A DNA stretch of 32,000 bases from Candidatus Heimdallarchaeota archaeon. Lineage in GTDB: Archaea; Asgardarchaeota; Heimdallarchaeia; Heimdallarchaeales; Heimdallarchaeaceae. The first letter of the stretch is position 1; every line of letters starts with the position of its first letter. The translations under genes were made by a program, and so were the position numbers. Below the pieces are notes generated by a model, which worked only from the letters and a program-made list of their open reading frames with translations, had not been told where the DNA came from and ran no database searches. This document shows positions 1 through 9,448 of this stretch, piece after piece. The stretch is from the NCBI GenBank assembly GCA_030668875.1, contig DAOVER010000017.1, positions 29,171 through 61,170 of the forward strand, written 5' to 3'.

Positions 1-1
1 T

Positions 2-1111
2 GGAGGTGCTGGTAGGTCGACCCACAGCTTAGGTCAAGAAACAAGTATGCTTACTGAGGAAGCAAGAGTGAATATGGCAAGTTTCATTAACGCGACCTCT
101 CCCAACGAAATAATCTGGACACGTAATGCTACTGAAGGTTTAAACATTGTAGCCGCTACCATACCGCTCAATAAAGAAGAAAATGTTGTGACAACGACAT
201 TAGAACATCACAGTGGTATGCTTCCGTTCTATAAGAGATGTCAAGAAACTGGAAGCGAAATGAGATTAGTCCAAGCTGGTAAGGATGGTACATTAGATCC
301 TGCTGAGTTTGAAAAACAAATTGATGATAAAACTAAGATTGTCTCGTTTGTTCATTCATCCAATTTAACCGGAACTATAGCTCCCTTAGAAGAAGTAGTT
401 GAAATAGCTCATAATCACGGTGCTTTAGTAGTCTCCGATGAAGCTCAATATGCTCCACATAACAAACTAGATGTCAAGAAAATTGATGTTGATTTTAGCG
501 TTTTAAGCATCCACAAAGCTTGTGGTCCTACTGGAGTTGGTGTTCTGTATGGAAAATATGATCTTCTTGAAGAATTGGACATGTTCCTAGTTGGTGGAGA
601 TGTAATAGAAGATGTAGTTTACAAAGATGGAAAAATCTTTCCCAAGTATCTTCCTCCTCCACATAAATTTGAAGCAGGGTTGCAGAATTATGGTGGGATG
701 ATGGGTGCAGGAGCAGCTGTAGAATATCTGCAAAAAATAGGTATGGATAATGTTCATAGAAGAGAACAAGTTTTTTCCCGAAAGCTCTTAGAAGGGATTC
801 TTGAACTTGAAAAGTTCGAAGTACTGGGACCTTTGGATTATAAACAAAGAGCAGCCCTTGTTTCGTTTAGACCAAAGTCCGGAAGTGTAAATCATAATGA
901 TATTACTGAGTATTTCAATGAAATGATTCCAAACCATAAGATACTGATGAGGTCTGGAAATATGTGTGTTCACCCCTTCCAATATCAAATTGGATTGAAT
1001 CCTGGCAAAGGTGAGGGTATAGTTCGAGCTTCACTTTATATCTACAATACAATGAATGAAATTGAGATATTCTTAACTGAACTAGAAAACTTTGCTAAGT
1101 TAATAGATTAG
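2..1111 (+). CDS. sufS: Cysteine desulfurase, SufS/class V PLP aminotransferase (5'-partial; the frame is open to the window edge)
   Basis: TRNATEGLN, LEHHS, SDEAQ, PLP-lysine motif SIHKACGPTGVG, KFEAG and catalytic Cys motif RSGNMC. The frame stays open upstream of ATG 47 (GGAGRSTHSLGQETS), so the gene starts before the window. Confidence 0.88.
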   Translation, partial: GGAGRSTHSLGQETSMLTEEARVNMASFINATSPNEIIWTRNATEGLNIVAATIPLNKEENVVTTTLEHHSGMLPFYKRCQETGSEMRLVQAGKDGTLDPAEFEKQIDDKTKIVSFVHSSNLTGTIAPLEEVVEIAHNHGALVVSDEAQYAPHNKLDVKKIDVDFSVLSIHKACGPTGVGVLYGKYDLLEELDMFLVGGDVIEDVVYKDGKIFPKYLPPPHKFEAGLQNYGGMMGAGAAVEYLQKIGMDNVHRREQVFSRKLLEGILELEKFEVLGPLDYKQRAALVSFRPKSGSVNHNDITEYFNEMIPNHKILMRSGNMCVHPFQYQIGLNPGKGEGIVRASLYIYNTMNEIEIFLTELENFAKLID

Positions 1112-1245
1112 TTTAATGGAAACCTGTACAAAGCCTTTCATTTACCAATCACTTTTTCTAATTTTTTATTCTAATCAACCGAAAGCATTAAAAAATAGAT
1201 GTGTTTTGAAGATATTGGATAAAATTTTTCACAGAGGTTTTTAGA

Positions 1246-1521
1246 GTGAGTGATGAAACCCTCGAGCAGGTAAACGAAGCAATTCAATTGTTGGAAAGAA
1301 TAAGCGAGGATACAACTGTACCCCGAAATATAAGAAGAGCTGCAACAAACTCTCTTGAAATCATAAGAGAACTTGATCCTGAATTGAGTTTGGCAGTCAA
1401 AGCAAATAATGCAATAGAAATACTAGATGAAATATCTCAGGATCCTAACTGTCCTGCTCATGCAAGGACGATGCTGTTACAGATAATAACTCTTCTAGAG
1501 ATAACAGACTACGATTACTAA
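1246..1521 (+). CDS. UPF0147 family protein
   Basis: DTTVPRNIRRAA and LDEISQDPNCPAHART match the archaeal UPF0147 signature (DTSVPRNIRRAA / DPNMP.HART). Confidence 0.88.
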   Translation: MSDETLEQVNEAIQLLERISEDTTVPRNIRRAATNSLEIIRELDPELSLAVKANNAIEILDEISQDPNCPAHARTMLLQIITLLEITDYDY

Positions 1522-1574
1522 CCTTGAGTGTTAGTCAATTGTGACTATTCCATCTATTGTTCTCTTTTTTTTAG

Positions 1575-2813
1575 CTATTTACTCTCTTTATTGTCAGATA
1601 TGTAATCATCTCTAATTGTTGTTCCGGGTGCGACAATGGAATTGGTGGGTATTTTTCTTCCAGCAAAGATGAGTGTATTTACTCCTATATCACAATTATC
1701 CCCAATTATGGCTCCAAGTTTTAAAAGACCCGTATTTACTTTCTTGCCATTAATATTCATAGAAACTTCTTTCATACTTGTTTCTGTAATAACAGTCATA
1801 ACCCCCGATGATATACATGTTTTTTGACCTATCACACTGTTCCCAACATAACACAACCGGAAAATTTTAGTTTCATTAAATAGGACAGAATTCTTTATCT
1901 CACTTCCAAATCCAATAAGAGACCCCTTTCCTATTGAACAATGGTCTCTGACTAAAACATTGTTTCCAATATATGTGTTCGCACCAATATATAACGGGCC
2001 GTTAAGAACAGATCCAGAACTTATTTCCACATTCTCTTCGATTATCACTGCGTTTTTTAATTCCACATTAGATGCGATTGACACATCCTTGGCTATTCGT
2101 GATTCTTGTATATTTGATAACAACAACCTATTCGCTTCGATAATATTCCATGGTTTTCCAATATCAACCCATTCTTTTTCCCATATCGCCGCTGACACTT
2201 TATCTCCCTTCTCTATCCTCGCATTTATTGCTTGACTCAATGATTGTTGTAATCTAATCTCATCAAATAAGTCGGTTCTAATAATAAAACAACCCGCATC
2301 AACATATTTGCTCTCAGATGTTTGCTCAATTTTCTTTATACCAGCTTTTTTTACTAATCCCATAGAATCTATCTCAACAATGCCAAAATCTCCAGTATCT
2401 CCTCGCAAAGTTAGGGTCATTGTCATATCAGCTTGTGTATTCTCAAAAGCATTCAATGCTCGTTGCATCAAACCCTTTTCTGGAACAATATCACCAAAAA
2501 GCAATAAAAATTCTGAATCATTTTTAACAAATTCTTCGGATGCTAATAGTGCTGATTCAATTCCTTCCTTCTCGCCTTGGTCTGCATATTGAATGTTAAC
2601 ATTGAAGTCTGTTCCTTTCTTGAAATATTCCCTAATTTGTTCTCCTTTATATCCAGTGACAATAATGATATCGGTTAAACCCATGCCCCGTAGTTCTTCA
2701 ATCAAATATTGCAAAATAGGTTTACCTAACAAAGTAATCATGGGTTTAGGTCTAGTTTCAGTTAATGGATACAAATCTAAGCCCTTGCCACCAGCTAATA
2801 TTACTGTTTTCAT
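1575..2813 (-). CDS. GlmU-like sugar-phosphate nucleotidyltransferase fold plus left-handed beta-helix, with degenerate catalytic motifs
   Basis: MKTVILAGGKGLDLYPLTETRPKPM N-terminus, WVDIGKPW, hexapeptide repeats and KLGAIIGDNCDIGVN. ATG 2813 is preferred over 2894 because a TATA-like box lies immediately upstream of 2894 and the family begins at MKxVILA. Confidence 0.85.
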   Translation of the reverse strand: MKTVILAGGKGLDLYPLTETRPKPMITLLGKPILQYLIEELRGMGLTDIIIVTGYKGEQIREYFKKGTDFNVNIQYADQGEKEGIESALLASEEFVKNDSEFLLLFGDIVPEKGLMQRALNAFENTQADMTMTLTLRGDTGDFGIVEIDSMGLVKKAGIKKIEQTSESKYVDAGCFIIRTDLFDEIRLQQSLSQAINARIEKGDKVSAAIWEKEWVDIGKPWNIIEANRLLLSNIQESRIAKDVSIASNVELKNAVIIEENVEISSGSVLNGPLYIGANTYIGNNVLVRDHCSIGKGSLIGFGSEIKNSVLFNETKIFRLCYVGNSVIGQKTCISSGVMTVITETSMKEVSMNINGKKVNTGLLKLGAIIGDNCDIGVNTLIFAGRKIPTNSIVAPGTTIRDDYISDNKESK

Positions 2814-2895
2814 TCTATTCCTAGACACTATCTCATCACCAATATATCTCTTTTTTCCTAAACTTTCTTTTCCTAATGTTTTGATTGCACCCATG

Positions 2896-2909
2896 CTTTT
2901 AAACTTTTC
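2896..2909 (-). promoter_or_regulatory. Putative BRE/TATA promoter of the GlmU-like gene
   Basis: Minus strand reads GAAAAGTTTAAAAG (purine-rich BRE followed by TTTAAA). Confidence 0.4.
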
Positions 2910-3017
2910 ACTACATTTAACTCAAAAAAAGTAAATTTCTTTTTCATTTTTGGTGTTCTTCAATTGGCGACGAATAGTAATTAATGTTACTACTGTAGCA
3001 ATAGACCCCGGGTCAAT

Positions 3018-3500
3018 TTAATATACAGTCGAATCTTCTCGAGTGTCTTTTCTTCTTCTTAGAGGTTTTACAAAAAACACAGAAACTGAAGAAATTAAAG
3101 GTGAAAATAAAGCTAATTGCGATCCAATGCCGAACGGAGCCCACAACCCACTTAAAACCCACCCTACCAAACATATTCCAAAAGATATCCATCTTACAAT
3201 AATCACTGCTTTTGGTTTTGGAAACACAAAGAAGATGTAGAGTAAAGAATTGGTCAATCCAATTAGACTGAAAGCTGCTAATATTATGATTTCCCAGAAC
3301 TTAAGAGAAATGTAGTAACCCTCAACTTGTGGATACATCGTCTCCCAATAGTTTACAGCTATCAAACTATAACCAGCAATAAAACCCATCAACACAACTA
3401 TTTCACTTACTAGGCTGTAATTACAAAGACCCTTGTTTGCCCCTCGACAAGCATTTCCTTCAGAACGAATTGTTTCTTCTTGTTTCTCTGCTTCTGTCAT
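3018..3500 (-). CDS. Hypothetical membrane protein, about 4 TM helices
   Basis: Four hydrophobic segments and a basic C-terminal tail (KPLRRRKD). ATG start is preceded by a GAGGGG-like RBS. No family recognised. Confidence 0.65.
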   Translation of the reverse strand: MTEAEKQEETIRSEGNACRGANKGLCNYSLVSEIVVLMGFIAGYSLIAVNYWETMYPQVEGYYISLKFWEIIILAAFSLIGLTNSLLYIFFVFPKPKAVIIVRWISFGICLVGWVLSGLWAPFGIGSQLALFSPLISSVSVFFVKPLRRRKDTREDSTVY

Positions 3501-3619
3501 AACTAGTTCCCCTCTGTTAGTACACTCTTATACGATGAGTTTAATATTTTTAACTAAAATAAGTTATTCGGTTTTCACTGAAGATTTTTCTTACCTTTAT
3601 ATGCCATTTTGTTTATTAT

Positions 3620-5170
3620 ATGGTAAGAATGAGCGTGCTTACATGGGAGAAGAGAGTAGCTAAAGGAAATAGTAAGGGAACGGGATGGTTGCCTATACCA
3701 AGGGAACTGGAAGAAAGAGTGGAATTAGGCACATATTATGATATTTCTATACATGAGAAAGAAATGGTGCCTCTTGATATCACTACCAAGTTAGTTGAAT
3801 ATAGTGGATATTGGGGATTTTATATTCCAAAAGCGATATGTGAAAAACATTCACTAATAAGAAAGAGAGTAGAGATAATGATTGAAGAATCGGAGTATTT
3901 TCCTGCTCAAATATCTGCAGACAAACGAATTTACTTACCTTATTCCTATGTTGTTGAAAATGAAATTAAAGAAAATGAATTGTATGAAATAGAAATAGTT
4001 GTAGATGGTCTAGCTTTTGGGGAAGTGGTGTTAATCTCTAAGACGGATAGATCAAAAATATCTCGTCTAGATGAATACATTATTACTATACGTTTGTGTG
4101 CAATTCCTAAAAAAGTCCGAGCTAAAGTGAAGTTCATCAGAAAAATTAAGGTCCTTTCACCTGTAAAACCACCCCTTCCTGAGGAATACTTTTACCTTCC
4201 TTCACTTTTTCATGGAGCAATAATGGGGAAGATAGATCCAAACGAAATGATAATTTTCAAGGGAAATCATGTACCGATAATCACTCCTATTACAGTAAAA
4301 TTGGAAGAATATATTCACTATTTTGGATGTTATTATGCAGATGGAACAAAAGTAGGACCAGGGTGGAGTACAAGTGCATCCACACCAGAACAAGCAACGT
4401 ATTTCATTGAACGATATGAGAAATTAGTTTTCAATGATATACTGGATTATGTTTTGATATATAGCCAAAAACCATCAGACAAGAGGACAGAGGAGGAAGT
4501 AAGGAAAGATTTACAAGAATACTGGAAAAGAGAAGCAAGCATAAACATAAAGAGAAAAAAGATTAAGATTCGAGTAACGAAACATGACAATCCATTGAAA
4601 TGGAATAAGTGTGGGTCATTACGTATTTGCTCATACAAAGCACAAGTGTTAGATTTGCATATGGGGTTATTAGGGGAAATAGTTTATTACTTGAACGGAA
4701 GTGAGAATAGAGCGCATCTATGGCAATTCCTTTTTGGAATTTTAGAGGGAGATGGAAGCGTTTGTGGTGGTATAAAGAGGTTTGGAATCGGTTTTGCTTT
4801 TCATAAGGGTGATCAGGTTATTCGAGAATTACTTGATAAATTAGAGGTTAAATATTCAGTCGATTTATCTAGAGTCAAAAACAAAACTGGTTCTGGAATA
4901 TTCGCATCAATTTGGTTATTTGAAGTTTTGCTGAATTTGAAAATACTATCACAAAACATCTTTATTTACTACCCAAAAAGAAGAAAAACGTTTATTGAGA
5001 GACTTCTAAATCAACCAACTGTTAGGTTTATCATGGGTAAAAATACACATCTGGCTCCAATTTCTGAGAACTTTTTTATGGAAAATGACTTTAATCTTGA
5101 AGATATAGAGCAAATACTCTATTCTCTTACTTTAGAACTAAGTAATATTAAACTTGAAACAAAAATATAA
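3620..5170 (+). CDS. Free-standing double-motif LAGLIDADG (intein/DOD-type) endonuclease-like protein with N-terminal AbrB-like repeats
   Basis: Motif 1 PITVKLEEYIHYFGCYYADG and motif 2 WQFLFGILEGDGSV. N-terminal repeats GWLPIPRELEERVELGTYYDISI / GFYIPKAICEKHSLIRKRVEIMI / KRIYLPYSYVVENEIKENELYEIEI. The start may be ATG 3629. Confidence 0.75.
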   Translation: MVRMSVLTWEKRVAKGNSKGTGWLPIPRELEERVELGTYYDISIHEKEMVPLDITTKLVEYSGYWGFYIPKAICEKHSLIRKRVEIMIEESEYFPAQISADKRIYLPYSYVVENEIKENELYEIEIVVDGLAFGEVVLISKTDRSKISRLDEYIITIRLCAIPKKVRAKVKFIRKIKVLSPVKPPLPEEYFYLPSLFHGAIMGKIDPNEMIIFKGNHVPIITPITVKLEEYIHYFGCYYADGTKVGPGWSTSASTPEQATYFIERYEKLVFNDILDYVLIYSQKPSDKRTEEEVRKDLQEYWKREASINIKRKKIKIRVTKHDNPLKWNKCGSLRICSYKAQVLDLHMGLLGEIVYYLNGSENRAHLWQFLFGILEGDGSVCGGIKRFGIGFAFHKGDQVIRELLDKLEVKYSVDLSRVKNKTGSGIFASIWLFEVLLNLKILSQNIFIYYPKRRKTFIERLLNQPTVRFIMGKNTHLAPISENFFMENDFNLEDIEQILYSLTLELSNIKLETKI

Positions 5171-5185
5171 TCAATTAGACAAACA

Positions 5186-7012
5186 TCAAAGGACCGTCAC
5201 AGATTTTGAAAGATTGCGGGGGTACGAAGGGTCTAAGCCTTTTTTCACTGCTGTATAGTATGCTAGTAATTGCATCGGTATCACATATGGTATTGTTGTT
5301 ATCATTTCTGAGTACCCTTTTGGTATCTCCATTTTCCACTTCACCAGCTCTCCTATCTCTTTGTCTCCTTTCTCTATTACTCCTATTGTTGTTGCTCCTC
5401 TCGCTTTCATTTCCATTATATTCCCTATTATCCTCTTATGTGTTTGATCTTTTGGTGCTATGAAAACTACTGGATAATCCTCTTCAATGAGTGCAATTGG
5501 TCCATGTTTTGATTCTCCTGCAGGATACGCTTCGCTATGAATGTAAGCTATTTCTTTCATCTTCAAAGCACCCTCTTTTGCTGTTTGAAGGTTTAATCCC
5601 CGTCCTAAGTAAAAACTGCTGTTCTTTTCAGCGAACCATGAAGCTATTCGGTTAGCAAGCGCTTCACTACGTACTATTGTTTGTTTCACAACTGAGGGTA
5701 TTTTATTGTAGAGTTTTCGCGCTTCATCGTATTCATTGTTCCCTAGCTCTCCTGAGATTCTGCCAATTTCAAGACCGATATCCCACATAGACAATGTTTG
5801 GGCGGTATAAGTTTTAGTTGCTGCTACTCCGATCTCAGGTCCTGCATAAAGATACAATACATCATCAGAATGACGAGTGATTGAGCTCCCAATAACATTA
5901 ACAGCTGAAAGTATTTTTGCACCAGATTTTTTAGCATCCTTAATCGCCATTATAGTGTCCATTGTTTCTCCGCTCTGACTAACTGGCAGAACAATTGTAT
6001 CTTCATCAATCAGAGGACTAATTGAGTCATATTCTGAAGCAATTATGGAAGTGCAAGGTTTCTTAGCATATTTACGAATAAGATTTTCACCGGTTAATGT
6101 GGAATAATGAGCTGTTCCAGCGGCTAAAAGAAAAACCTTCTTAGCATCATAAACCTTTTCTGATATTTTATGTAGGGACGGTTGTTTTATCCGAATATAA
6201 TCTGCTAATGAACTAGATTGCTCGTGTATCTCTTTGAGCATGAAATGAGGAAAACCACCTTTTTGTGCCATTTCTGGTTTCCAAGAAACAATGTATGGTC
6301 TTCGTTCAACCCTTTTCATATTTGTAAAGTTAATTATTTCGTAACCATCGTGTGATAGAGTAACAAACTCATCGTCATGTAGTAGAACAACTTGTCGTGT
6401 GTGAGAAAGAAAAGCTGGGATGTCAGAAGCACAGAACATTCTATCTGAATTTATACCAATAACAAGTGGACTATCTCTTTTTGCACAATAAATTTTATCT
6501 GGATCCAAACTAGAAAGAACACAAATTGCAAATGTCCCCTCTAATTTCCTAATTGTATGGATAATGGCATCTTTTAGTGCCATCTGCTCTTTCTGTATAA
6601 ACTGTTCAATCAGATGAGGAATAATTTCAGTATCTGTCTCTGATTGAAAAACGTGTCCTTGGGTAACTAAGTCCTTTTTTAGTGACTGAAAATTCTCTAT
6701 GATACCATTATGAATTACAGCAATTTCATTTTTGCAATCTATATGAGGATGAGAGTTTTCCTTGCTTGGGGGACCATGTGTTGCCCATCGTGTGTGCCCA
6801 ATAGCAATTTTTCCGTGTAAATCATCTAATTGTATTTTTTCGATAACTTCAGTGATTTTTCCTTCTTCCTTTGATACTTTAACTTGATTATTTTCTATAG
6901 TTGCTACGCCTACGCTGTCATAACCTCGATACTCGAGTTTTTTCAAAGAATCAATGATATTCTTACCGATTTTATTTGTGTCTCGCTGTACTATTCCTAC
7001 TATCCCACACAT
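5186..7012 (-). CDS. glmS: Glutamine--fructose-6-phosphate aminotransferase (isomerizing)
   Basis: MCGIVG (Cys1), GHTRWATHG, HNGIIEN, SETDTE, SQSGET, VAATKTY, KEIAYIHSE, PRNLSKSVT. Confidence 0.97.
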   Translation of the reverse strand: MCGIVGIVQRDTNKIGKNIIDSLKKLEYRGYDSVGVATIENNQVKVSKEEGKITEVIEKIQLDDLHGKIAIGHTRWATHGPPSKENSHPHIDCKNEIAVIHNGIIENFQSLKKDLVTQGHVFQSETDTEIIPHLIEQFIQKEQMALKDAIIHTIRKLEGTFAICVLSSLDPDKIYCAKRDSPLVIGINSDRMFCASDIPAFLSHTRQVVLLHDDEFVTLSHDGYEIINFTNMKRVERRPYIVSWKPEMAQKGGFPHFMLKEIHEQSSSLADYIRIKQPSLHKISEKVYDAKKVFLLAAGTAHYSTLTGENLIRKYAKKPCTSIIASEYDSISPLIDEDTIVLPVSQSGETMDTIMAIKDAKKSGAKILSAVNVIGSSITRHSDDVLYLYAGPEIGVAATKTYTAQTLSMWDIGLEIGRISGELGNNEYDEARKLYNKIPSVVKQTIVRSEALANRIASWFAEKNSSFYLGRGLNLQTAKEGALKMKEIAYIHSEAYPAGESKHGPIALIEEDYPVVFIAPKDQTHKRIIGNIMEMKARGATTIGVIEKGDKEIGELVKWKMEIPKGYSEMITTIPYVIPMQLLAYYTAVKKGLDPSYPRNLSKSVTVL

Positions 7013-7136
7013 ATGTAACCCTGATCTTTTTATTTTCCGAGAAGAACGATGATGGTTTTCACTGATTTTTACTCTATTTTAGTAAAAACATTTATCCTTT
7101 TAAATTTTCTGATTGCTTTGCCGCATTTTAGATTTA

Positions 7137-8276
7137 TTAAAGAACTTCTTTTTCAATATCCTCTAGTAAGTTATGTTTTGCTTTTAGAGAATGCTTTATT
7201 TTATCTATGCTTGGTGTAATTGAGGGATCTATTTCGTGAAGGATTCCTAGATAAATACTTATGAAATCTACAAGAAATGTTGAGCTAAGCTGTTTTGCTA
7301 GTTTTGATTTTCCTTGAGGAAATATCTCTAGAACCTTCTCAGACTTATTAGAAGCTAACTTTTTCACTTCTTCAAATCTTGTTGTTATATTTTTTGGTTC
7401 TTCTTTATCATGCAGAAAGATGAAGGCGATATCATTTAACGAAACATTCGGGTTATCAAAAATAACAACCCCGTTGTGATTTTGTTCAGGAAGAGTCTCT
7501 GATATTGCGATAACCTTGCTATTTTCATTCAGTTGTGTTTTGGCTCTATAAGCAATTGGAGCATATGTACCATACCCAATAAAAAGAGGAATGGAATTGA
7601 ATATACCATATGAAATTTCTTTTGCAATATTTTCTTTAATAGGCGATTCTTGAGAATATTCAATAGCTAATTTTTTCAAGACCTTTACAACTTCTTCAAA
7701 CTGTTGTTCAACGCCTCCAATTAAATCCAAAATCTCAAAGATTGTTATAATGGCAGTATATATTAAGGGAAAAGCTGTTCTTGGGGGAATTCCTGCACGA
7801 ATTTTGACATGTGGAGTGCCTATTTTTGTTGCGAACTTCTCTAGTAATCCTGCTGAAGAAATAGAAACAATCATTGATTTTCTTTTAAGAGCTTCATGAT
7901 ATCTTGAAAGTGTTTCTTCTGTATTTCCTGAATAACTTATGCAGATTACTAGTGATTCACTGTCAATAAACCTGGGAAGACTATAGTCTCTATTGACTAT
8001 AACGGGAATACTAAGTTCATTTTCAAATAAACTAATAAAATAATCCCCAGCAATGGCTGATCCTCCCATGCCACAAATAATAACGTTTTTTGGTTGTTTA
8101 TATTCCAAAGTAAGATTATTCCACTTAACTTTGGAAGGAATTTGTAACTTCTTGCTCTGATCTCTAGCTTCTTTAACGAGTTCACCCCATTTTGACATTG
8201 ATCCTAATTGATCTGAATTATCAATTTGTGCAAGTAGTTCTCTATCGTCTAAATTTATCATTTTATTCACTTTCAA
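7137..8276 (-). CDS. Bifunctional phosphoglucose/phosphomannose isomerase (archaeal PGI/PMI, SIS fold)
   Basis: GMGGSAIAGD, SYSGNTEETL, QLNENSK, PEQNHN. Confidence 0.92.
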   Translation of the reverse strand: MKVNKMINLDDRELLAQIDNSDQLGSMSKWGELVKEARDQSKKLQIPSKVKWNNLTLEYKQPKNVIICGMGGSAIAGDYFISLFENELSIPVIVNRDYSLPRFIDSESLVICISYSGNTEETLSRYHEALKRKSMIVSISSAGLLEKFATKIGTPHVKIRAGIPPRTAFPLIYTAIITIFEILDLIGGVEQQFEEVVKVLKKLAIEYSQESPIKENIAKEISYGIFNSIPLFIGYGTYAPIAYRAKTQLNENSKVIAISETLPEQNHNGVVIFDNPNVSLNDIAFIFLHDKEEPKNITTRFEEVKKLASNKSEKVLEIFPQGKSKLAKQLSSTFLVDFISIYLGILHEIDPSITPSIDKIKHSLKAKHNLLEDIEKEVL

Positions 8277-8309
8277 ATAATTCTGATTTTCAATTTTACT
8301 AACTGTTTC

Positions 8310-9104
8310 TCAACTTTTGCCCCATAGATATTCGAAGTTATTTGAGAAAATTTCTATTATGCCTGAATTTGAGGAGAAATGAGGGCGATAAACATATTTT
8401 TCTTGTTTAACAGGAGAAACCCATATAACAAAAACAACTTGCTCGTTATCCACAAGAGTACCACGAGCAAGAACCGATTCATTTGTTATTTCTTTAACTT
8501 TAGCTCCAATTTCCCGTAGCTTTTTAGCGTATGACTTTGAGATTTCATCATCAACATTCATTAGAACTCGAACTGCAACATCCCTTAATACAGCCTCCTT
8601 CAAAGCTTCTTCAACATGTTCAAACCAGTAGAATACATTAGTAAAAATACAAATTTCTTTCTTTGATTTATTTATTAGATCAATTGTTTTTACTTGCATC
8701 TCCCCTAAAGAGGAGTAAGCTGCTATTAATTCATCAGGTTTAATGACTAATTGAGATTGATAGATTGGATCATTTAAAAGTGCAAGAATATGATCAGAAA
8801 TTTTAGTCATTTTGCTTAATTCATCTTTGAATTCTGATTCTTTAAATCCAAGAAAATTTTTCAATCCTTCCTCAAGGTTAAGAACTTCAAATCTCTTAGG
8901 ACGACCTGTAATGGTTCTAACAAGTCCTTTCTTTTGCAAACTCTCAATGGTATCATAAATACGTGGTGTAGGAATGTCAGTTTGTTTATGAATTTCTTCA
9001 GCAGTGGAAGCTGAAAGAGCTATAAGGGTTTTGAGAGTTTTAACTTCATACTGTGTTAAACCAAGGGATTTTAACTTTAAATCAATTTCATCAAGTTCAG
9101 ACAT
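8310..9104 (-). CDS. TrmB family transcriptional regulator
   Basis: LGLTQYEVK...IPTPRIYDTIESLQKKGLV...GRPKRF winged-helix domain plus a PLD-like effector domain. The start is probably ATG 9104 (track gives 9125). Confidence 0.9.
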   Translation of the reverse strand: MSELDEIDLKLKSLGLTQYEVKTLKTLIALSASTAEEIHKQTDIPTPRIYDTIESLQKKGLVRTITGRPKRFEVLNLEEGLKNFLGFKESEFKDELSKMTKISDHILALLNDPIYQSQLVIKPDELIAAYSSLGEMQVKTIDLINKSKKEICIFTNVFYWFEHVEEALKEAVLRDVAVRVLMNVDDEISKSYAKKLREIGAKVKEITNESVLARGTLVDNEQVVFVIWVSPVKQEKYVYRPHFSSNSGIIEIFSNNFEYLWGKS

Positions 9105-9186
9105 AAGTTGTGCTCCAAGTAGCATGATATGAAGATAAATATTTAAATTACTCGTAAAGGAAGGAAATTTAGGTAAAATTCATTAA

Positions 9187-9200
9187 CCAAAAACTTAAAT
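9187..9200 (+). promoter_or_regulatory. Putative BRE/TATA upstream of tRNA-Val
   Basis: CCAAAAACTTAAAT about 40 nt upstream of the mature 5' end. Confidence 0.35.
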
Positions 9201-9240
9201 TAAAAATAATTACGAAAAGAAATGAAATAAACAAAAACTT

Positions 9241-9320
9241 GGGGCAGTGATCTAGCTCGGTTTAATGATACCACTCTTACACAGTGGAGGTCAGCGGTTC
9301 AAATCCGCCCTGCCCCACCA
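9241..9320 (+). tRNA. tRNA-Val(UAC), CCA encoded
   Basis: Acceptor stem GGGGCAG/CTGCCCC, anticodon arm CCACT-CT TAC AC-AGTGG, T loop TTCAAAT, 3' ACCA. One A-C mismatch at the base of the T stem. Confidence 0.95.
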
Positions 9321-9448
9321 CTTCTACAAGAGATTTAAACACCTTTCTACTTACATTTTCTTCCAATATGGTTCTTTTTATCAATGAAATGCTACCAAAA
9401 CAAGTTTTTATACTGCTAAATATGTGCATTTTACAGTAGTGATGTAAA

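Noticed and set aside
3620-5170. Intein or intron-encoded origin of the LAGLIDADG ORF
   Set aside because: No N-terminal Cys/Ser splicing block, no C-terminal His-Asn, and no interrupted host gene or rRNA around it.
5206-5463. 85-aa Leu/Ser-rich plus-strand ORF resembling a membrane protein
   Set aside because: Antisense shadow of the glmS 3' end; its composition follows from the purine-rich codons on the coding strand.
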